From a virus (lineage: Duplodnaviria > Caudoviricetes): 42,792 bases of DNA. The position numbers and the translations under genes are program-made. The stretch lies in the IMG/VR virus record IMGVR_UViG_3300030372_001680, positions 1-42,792 of that record; one strand, 5' to 3'. The stretch's first letter is position 1. Each line of letters begins with the position of its first letter. This document shows positions 36,720 through 42,792 of the stretch, piece after piece. The notes beneath the pieces were generated by a model. It did not search any database. It was not told where the DNA came from and saw only the letters and a program-made list of their open reading frames with translations.

Positions 36720-38522
36720 TTAGTGTGTGTCAGCCCAGTTAGTTCCTGCTTTAGCTTCTCCATCAAGAGGACACTTGAACTTAAAGTAATCTCCTGCCTC
36801 TCGAATAGATTCCACAGCTAGAGCCATGACTTTATCTTTATTCTCAGGCCAAACTTCTAGTTGAAACTCATCGTGAACGTGAGCAACAAAGGAGAAGTCC
36901 TTGCCCTGAATCAGACCTTCTGTCTGAAGTTTTTCCCACAGATTAACTGTGGCTTTCTTCATTACCAATGCCCCAGCAGATTGAAGCAGAGTGTTAAGTG
37001 CGGCGTGGTTACTCCGTATCTGAAGTTTCCTACCGTCCAGACCCATAAGGTAATCCCGACCCTCTAAAGCTTTGAAAATTTTTTCCTTCAAAACTCTCAG
37101 GCTAGGTAGAGATTCAAGAAACCTTTTCTTAATGGATGCCCCCTCCTTTGAGGAACCTCCTATGATCTCTCCAATCTTGGCGTCACCAGCACCATAAAGA
37201 AACCCATAGATAAATGTCTTTGCATTGTCCCTAGTAGGAAGTCCCGCTGCCTTCTGATTAACAGTATGAATATCATCCTCAAGCAGCTTGTGAGTGTATT
37301 CAGGATCGTTCATGTAATGGGCCAAGCATCGAAGCTCAAGGCCACTGGCGTCACACCCAATGAGTACCTTTCCCTCGGAGGCTGTGAACAGGGATCGGTA
37401 CTCAGGCTCACGGGGTACTTGAGCCATGTTGGGGTATCTGTGGGTGCAACGTCCAGTGACCGCTCCATTAGTCACAACGTGACCATGAAGTCTCCCCTGT
37501 CTCTCCAGCTTCATCCAGCCGTTAGCACCGTCAGCTAACTGGCCCATGCGCTTCTGAAGAGTCAGGTAACGAGCGAGCTTCTTTGCTTCTGGGTAGGGTA
37601 GCCCAACCAAAACTGTTTCATCTACCTTAGGCTTACCTCCCTCTGTAAACTGATTAGGTTCCCATCCTTGGGCCATAAGCCTTTCAGATATGTGATCCCT
37701 ACTGGCAGCGTTAAAAGGAATGCGCTTAACCTTATGATCTCCCTTAACTATTTCCTTAGGCTTATACCCAGCAGCTATAGCAGCAGACTTAGTAGAGAAC
37801 TGCTGACCACCAGCAATCCACCAAGTCATCTTCATTTGGATAACCTTGGGAGGAAAGAGACTCTGGAACTCACTCTCCAGTTCTATCTTTTCGGTAGCCA
37901 GTTTAGCGTACAACTGCTCGGCAGACTTAACATCAAATGCAAACCCGTTGAGTTCTTGCTCAGTCATTATCCAAGCAAAGTCATGCTCCAGTTTAATAGC
38001 TTCTTCGGAGTACTTCTTAGACTCAAGATGATTGAGCAACTCCAGAGTAACCTTCACATCCTGCTCACAGTAATCCTCCAGTTCTTTAGTCCACTTAGTC
38101 AGGTCACTTGACTCCAAGTAAGTACCCTTGAGCATATTCAAACGATAGCCCCAAGCTTTAAGGCTGTGACTCCCAGTTATATTGGTAGGGTAGTCATCCT
38201 CCTTGCGGGATCTGTTGATGTCGTAATCCCTAATGTCCGTGTGAATCAGGCGACTCATGGTAAGAGTGTCCCGAACCAGCGCAGAGGGAACCCAGTTATA
38301 GAGTTTTCTCAAAGCTGGAAGATCAAAATTAATAATATTATGACCCACTATAACATCAGCTTCGTCCATCATCTTGAGACCGTCCTCAATAGGTGGGCCT
38401 TGCATTGTGCTGTTGAACCTAAACACCTCTCTGGTATCAGCGTCCTGCAACACTAGGCAATGACACCTGTGCAACTTGGGAAGCAAGTCGTTGGTTTCTA
38501 TGTCAAAGACAAGCCTCTTCAT
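36720..38522 (-). CDS. Family A DNA polymerase (gp5-like)
   Basis: Exonuclease motifs FDIET and GHNIINFD; polymerase motifs DASGLELR, AKTFIYGFLYG (Tyr at the T7 Y526-equivalent site) and VHDE. Confidence 0.97.
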   Translation of the reverse strand: MKRLVFDIETNDLLPKLHRCHCLVLQDADTREVFRFNSTMQGPPIEDGLKMMDEADVIVGHNIINFDLPALRKLYNWVPSALVRDTLTMSRLIHTDIRDYDINRSRKEDDYPTNITGSHSLKAWGYRLNMLKGTYLESSDLTKWTKELEDYCEQDVKVTLELLNHLESKKYSEEAIKLEHDFAWIMTEQELNGFAFDVKSAEQLYAKLATEKIELESEFQSLFPPKVIQMKMTWWIAGGQQFSTKSAAIAAGYKPKEIVKGDHKVKRIPFNAASRDHISERLMAQGWEPNQFTEGGKPKVDETVLVGLPYPEAKKLARYLTLQKRMGQLADGANGWMKLERQGRLHGHVVTNGAVTGRCTHRYPNMAQVPREPEYRSLFTASEGKVLIGCDASGLELRCLAHYMNDPEYTHKLLEDDIHTVNQKAAGLPTRDNAKTFIYGFLYGAGDAKIGEIIGGSSKEGASIKKRFLESLPSLRVLKEKIFKALEGRDYLMGLDGRKLQIRSNHAALNTLLQSAGALVMKKATVNLWEKLQTEGLIQGKDFSFVAHVHDEFQLEVWPENKDKVMALAVESIREAGDYFKFKCPLDGEAKAGTNWADTH

Positions 38523-40123
38523 AGCTCCTCACCTTCCAGTTCTAGGTGTTCATTCATGCGTCCAGTTTCAGTATCGTACTCCAGCCTAGTGGCTATGCCC
38601 GTTTGACCTGACCAACGATTCTTAAGAATACGCACCGTAGATATGTGGCATGACTCGTTGTCCTGCTGATCTCTCTCCAGACCTACGACCATATCACTAA
38701 GCTGCGCTATGGCAGCAGACCCTCGGAGTTGTGAGAGGCTGGTAACTGCTCCATCCTCGTGACCCCTACCTTCAGGGCGACGAAGGTGACTCACGAGAAT
38801 CAGTGCAAAGCCTAGCTCCTCCACCATAGACCGGAGGCGAGTCATGGTGTTGTCGATAAGACGCCGCTCGTCTCCGCCTTCCATACCACTGACCACAATA
38901 GACAAGTGATCCAAGAAAATTGTGGTACAACCGCAGCCTGTAACCATGTACCTCACACGGTTAAGCAGGTTATCGCTATCGAGTGAACCAAAGTGGTCGT
39001 ACATATAGCACCGTCCACTACCCACGGTAGCTTCGAAAGCGATCCTCTTTTCTTCATCCGACACAGTGGTAGGATCAAGATGAAGAGGACGGTTGCAATG
39101 GAGACCCATCAAGCCCAGCGAAGTACGCCTGACGTTTTCCTCAAGAGCGATGTATCCTATCGTTTCGCCAGAACTGAGGAGGGAATAAGCAACCTCTTTA
39201 CACAACTGGCTTTTACCGATTCCAGAACCCGCACAAAAAGTAGCGATCTCTCCCTTGCGGATTCCGTGCGTCAAATCATTCATTGACTGCCACGGATAAG
39301 GGAGGGATTCGCATACGATTTCTTTAGAGACGGTCTCCCACAAATCAACGCCGTCTACAATACCATCAGGTCTGTAGGGTCGGGCGTTGAAAATTGATTG
39401 CACTACTTCTGCTGCCCTCCCAGCTACCAACATTTCGTTAGCATCCTTGAGGGGGAGAGTAGCTATTTTAGCTTTGCCCACAGGCAGGAGAGAAGCGCAG
39501 TCTGTCGCAGCTTTCTTACCAGCCTCGTCATTATCGAACATCAGAATTACTTCTTCAAAGTTCTCTAGATAATCGAGACTAGAAGTAAGCACCTTCCGTG
39601 CTGCCGAAGCACCATTAGGAAGAGAAACCACAGGCCATTTGTGGTCGTTTATCTGAGAGACCGACAGTGCGTCGAGTTCTCCTTCAGTAATGACAAGCTT
39701 CTTGCCACGACTCCAAAGATGAGACCCGTAAAGACCTGCTTTAGATATGTCACCCACAGAACGGAAGTCCTTCTGAGGCAGTCGTATCTTCTGAGCTATA
39801 GTCTTACCGGACTCATCCTTGAAGTTAGCAATGTGGCACACCTTTCCTTCAAAGGAGCCGACCTTGTATCCCCATCGTCGGCAAGTGTCCTCGGTTATGC
39901 TTCTTCTAGAAAGCTCCTGAAAATCTCCCTCTGCGAAAGCGGAACCGACAGGCTGTCTTTCATGTAGCTGGCTAGATCCTTGGTTGATATTGTCAGTTTC
40001 TCCATTCTCATACGCTTCGCAGACGAAGCAGTAGGAATGACCGTCGCTGTAGGTAGCCCGTCCGTCAGACGAGCCGCATTTCTCGCAGGGTTCATGTGAT
40101 ATAAATGTTGATTCGTTGTTCAT
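38519..40123 (-). CDS. Primase-helicase (gp4-like)
   Basis: Zinc finger CEKC...CFVC, TOPRIM EGELD and FDND, AGSGIGKS, LDHL, LRGS, KNRWSG. Confidence 0.97.
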   Translation of the reverse strand: MNNESTFISHEPCEKCGSSDGRATYSDGHSYCFVCEAYENGETDNINQGSSQLHERQPVGSAFAEGDFQELSRRSITEDTCRRWGYKVGSFEGKVCHIANFKDESGKTIAQKIRLPQKDFRSVGDISKAGLYGSHLWSRGKKLVITEGELDALSVSQINDHKWPVVSLPNGASAARKVLTSSLDYLENFEEVILMFDNDEAGKKAATDCASLLPVGKAKIATLPLKDANEMLVAGRAAEVVQSIFNARPYRPDGIVDGVDLWETVSKEIVCESLPYPWQSMNDLTHGIRKGEIATFCAGSGIGKSQLCKEVAYSLLSSGETIGYIALEENVRRTSLGLMGLHCNRPLHLDPTTVSDEEKRIAFEATVGSGRCYMYDHFGSLDSDNLLNRVRYMVTGCGCTTIFLDHLSIVVSGMEGGDERRLIDNTMTRLRSMVEELGFALILVSHLRRPEGRGHEDGAVTSLSQLRGSAAIAQLSDMVVGLERDQQDNESCHISTVRILKNRWSGQTGIATRLEYDTETGRMNEHLELEGEEL

Positions 40124-40128
40124 AGTGC

Positions 40129-40497
40129 TTATTCCTTTTCAAACCATTCCTTTGGTGGATTTTTATGGCCCCAAAGAAAGCCATTCTTGTCAGCCCAATC
40201 GCAATAGCGGGTATTACTGCGCTTGGATAATTTTAAGTATGCGTTTTGAAATACAAACCTGAGGTCTATCTCTGGATGCTGATCTCTGATCCAAATATGT
40301 TTCTTCCTATCTTTCCCGCTAAACAGACCCTTAGCTTCAATATAAAAATTAAACTCAGGTAGGTAGAAGTCGGGGAGGTAGTTAGATTTTTGCTCAGGCT
40401 TAACGTATTTAATATTGTGTGGTTCGTAGTCCACCTGCCGCCCTCCCCTTGCGAGGAGGACGGCGAGGTACGCTTCGTACTGCGAACGGTATGCCAT
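40129..40497 (-). CDS. Endonuclease I / Holliday junction resolvase (gp3-like)
   Basis: YRSQYE, YLPDF, IEAKG, DRKKH, DLRFVF. Confidence 0.93.
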   Translation of the reverse strand: MAYRSQYEAYLAVLLARGGRQVDYEPHNIKYVKPEQKSNYLPDFYLPEFNFYIEAKGLFSGKDRKKHIWIRDQHPEIDLRFVFQNAYLKLSKRSNTRYCDWADKNGFLWGHKNPPKEWFEKE

Positions 40498-40501
40498 CCT
40501 T

Positions 40502-41146
40502 TTACAGATCGTCCACAGTAGTCACGGACTCCTCATGGCTACTGAAAGTAGCTTCCTCCTTGGCTGCATCAGCAGCTTCTTCAGGAGCCTTGTAGCCATC
40601 CTCCTTGGCTGTAAAACCAAAGCCAGCCGCACTGTTGGATTGGTACTCAACCAACTCCACAACCTGAACGGCGTTGAGTCGCAGAGTAATGCCACAACCC
40701 ATAGTAGGCGTGTAGTACGTTTGCGGGGCAAACTGAATGACAAGCTTGCTGCCGCCACCGATCACTGGGCCTGTGAATCCCTTCAACTGAGAATCAACAA
40801 TCTTAGGACGTTGCGTCCAACTCTTGCCAGTGCGTGTAGTGACGTTGTGCTTCAACTTAAACTTGAAGTCAAACTCGCCAGTAGGGTTTCCGTCATCGTC
40901 GTGAACCTCAGTGTAAGGGAGGTTAGCTTTTTTGACAGAAGGTTTGCGAAGCCGCTTAACTTCTTCAGCATGGAAACCGTCAAGCTTTGCTTCTAGTTTT
41001 TCAACAAGCTTCGCACCATCTTCAGCAGAGAGACGAAGGTTAACCGAGAACACTCCGTTAGGATCAAACTTAGTGTCGGGCTCGTTGAGTCGAGGGTAAA
41101 CAGCTACACCCTCAGGTGTAGTCCAGTATTCAATGTTGTTAGCCAT
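40502..41146 (-). CDS. ssDNA-binding protein (gp2.5-like)
   Basis: Start MANNIEY; TPEGVAVYP, IGGGS, GITLRLNAVQV; acidic tail. Confidence 0.92.
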   Translation of the reverse strand: MANNIEYWTTPEGVAVYPRLNEPDTKFDPNGVFSVNLRLSAEDGAKLVEKLEAKLDGFHAEEVKRLRKPSVKKANLPYTEVHDDDGNPTGEFDFKFKLKHNVTTRTGKSWTQRPKIVDSQLKGFTGPVIGGGSKLVIQFAPQTYYTPTMGCGITLRLNAVQVVELVEYQSNSAAGFGFTAKEDGYKAPEEAADAAKEEATFSSHEESVTTVDDL

Positions 41147-41182
41147 AATAGTTAGTCGTTGCGTTGCAACTCCGTGCTGCAA

Positions 41183-42792
41183 CTACGAATACATATACTT
41201 TGAGTGCCAAACTTCGTCAACTGAAAACTTTCCAATAATTTTGGAGAGATCTTTTTGAAAGTCATAATAACACTGTTTTTCCAGTGTTTTTCGAGTAAAA
41301 ATTTTTTCGAAAAAAATGTTAGAATCATTTCTAAAAATTTTTAGGTACGCTTGTTTCACATTTTTTATTAACTCAGGAAGGTTTGGAGCATGAGTACCAA
41401 AGCAATCGTGAATCGAGTACACATCAGTCAACGCCGTTGATGATAGTGCCATATGCATAATTGAAGCATCGAGGCTGTGAACAAAATTTGGAGCAAAACT
41501 TCTAGCTATTTTTGTTCTGTCTAGCTTGTCTGTAGGCTCCCTGTAAGTGAGGCTATGTGACTTACCAAGAATGTAAGATGAGCATTTGTGTATTTTTTCC
41601 TTGCGGTAGTCGAGGGTAATAGGGAATCCTGACGGCGACAGCCAACTCACTTCACCTTCGTGACCTTCTGCGAGTCCCTTAAGATACCTTAGTACCTTAG
41701 GATACTTAGGGTATAACCTAGAGAATATATTTATTATAGTCTTAGCTATAGTATCTGCTTTATCTAAGGTATCCTTAGTGTACTTAACTCCTAACCAAGC
41801 TTTAGTTATTTCTATTGCTCTGAAGGTAGTACAACCATAAGGGATGGTCATCACAATGGACTTCACCAAGTCTCTTGTTATCGGGATGTTTAACTCAGCT
41901 TCGACTTCGGTTTGTATTCTTGAATAGATGTCGTGCTTAGAATCGTTGGTCAGGTTTGTCCATAAAGCACCTTCTTCGTCCTTAAGGATTAAGCTTAAAA
42001 TCTGTAGCCCGTTAGAAGAAGCATCAGCAGAAACCGGAAGAGAGGTTTCCCCTGTCTCCACAGCATTAGCATAATCAAAAACCCACGCTAAGAATTGCCA
42101 AGGGTTTTTAGCGTCTGCCCACCACAAAAACCCAGTAGGGTTATACAAAGTTTCCTTCACCTTTTCCTGCCAATCAGAGTCGAAACCTCCGTACAAGTTT
42201 GCGCCATGTTCGATTAGGTTAGACATGGATTGTCCTACCTCTACTTTCCTCTCAAACTTTAGCAAAGCTCTGGCTAGATCTGGGCCTTGTGGGTTCAGGA
42301 AATTGGGTATGCAGTATGCCCTTCCTCTGAAATCCATTTGATGCGGGAAGTACATGGTCTTTTCCATGTATTCCCTAGCTACCCAGAGCATCTTAGAAAC
42401 CCTAAGCCTAGAAGACCGTAGTGCGTGGTCTTCTCGGTAGTACTTAGCGGCTTCATACTTCCATTTCTTTTTAGCTTCTTCGTTGGAATCAAAGTCAGCA
42501 GGTTTGGGCGGTATGTTATCTAAAGCAAACGGAGGAAAGTCAGCTACTTGGTATTGGTTAGCCCAAAAGTAATGAGCTACGTCATACACCTCTTGGTTTA
42601 CGACCCAAGGAGTGCTTTTTAATTTACCTACAGCTTGGCGAGGTATTGTTAGGTTTACTCGGTCGAGAAGTTCCCACTGTTTTTCTGATTTAGTACTAAT
42701 AACAGCATCGCTATATCCACGAGGCGATTCTGAGGGCAGGTAAAGCGGGGCTAAGGTTTCGTTAACTTCGTTAAAGTTCGAGATCCATTTCT
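41183..42792 (-). CDS. T7-like RNA polymerase, catalytic C-terminal part
   Basis: DFRGRAY; motif A DASSNGLQ; motif B RDLVKSIVMTIPYG; PNFVHSLDAS; motif C IHDCFGTH. Frame is open to the window end. Confidence 0.96.
   Translation of the reverse strand, partial: KWISNFNEVNETLAPLYLPSESPRGYSDAVISTKSEKQWELLDRVNLTIPRQAVGKLKSTPWVVNQEVYDVAHYFWANQYQVADFPPFALDNIPPKPADFDSNEEAKKKWKYEAAKYYREDHALRSSRLRVSKMLWVAREYMEKTMYFPHQMDFRGRAYCIPNFLNPQGPDLARALLKFERKVEVGQSMSNLIEHGANLYGGFDSDWQEKVKETLYNPTGFLWWADAKNPWQFLAWVFDYANAVETGETSLPVSADASSNGLQILSLILKDEEGALWTNLTNDSKHDIYSRIQTEVEAELNIPITRDLVKSIVMTIPYGCTTFRAIEITKAWLGVKYTKDTLDKADTIAKTIINIFSRLYPKYPKVLRYLKGLAEGHEGEVSWLSPSGFPITLDYRKEKIHKCSSYILGKSHSLTYREPTDKLDRTKIARSFAPNFVHSLDASIMHMALSSTALTDVYSIHDCFGTHAPNLPELIKNVKQAYLKIFRNDSNIFFEKIFTRKTLEKQCYYDFQKDLSKIIGKFSVDEVWHSKYMYS

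Noticed and set aside
42693-42792. 100-bp terminal repeat as the biological DTR
   Set aside because: It lies in the middle of the RNAP gene and has a round, k-mer-like length; best explained as a circular assembly overlap.

Overview
The window is an essentially complete, circularly permuted genome (about 42.7 kb) of a T7-like podophage (Autographiviridae). The 100-bp identity between its two ends is an assembly overlap that cuts the RNA polymerase gene. Nearly all genes are on the minus strand in T7 order: small early genes, an amidoligase/class II glutamine amidotransferase pair, a strong terminator, HNH, RNAP, SSB, endonuclease, primase-helicase, Pol A, a DnaA-domain-IV-like protein, exonuclease, dNMP kinase, portal, scaffold, capsid, tail tubes, four internal virion proteins, two tail fibres, holin/spanin-like genes and the terminases. 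I found no integrase, ligase or recognisable endolysin. The most unusual features are non-coding. (1) About 1.4-1.5 kb (5254-6742) folds into nested long-range helices whose G-U wobbles favour the plus strand, antisense to the genes. It includes an array of 10 covarying hairpins with a ~27-nt period. (2) An sRNA-like segment after the scaffold gene is perfectly complementary (17 nt, 21 with one G-U) to the SSB start-codon region. (3) A GAGCG/GNA-mini-hairpin tract lies upstream of the RNAP gene. All assignments come from motif reading by eye; no database search or folding program was run.
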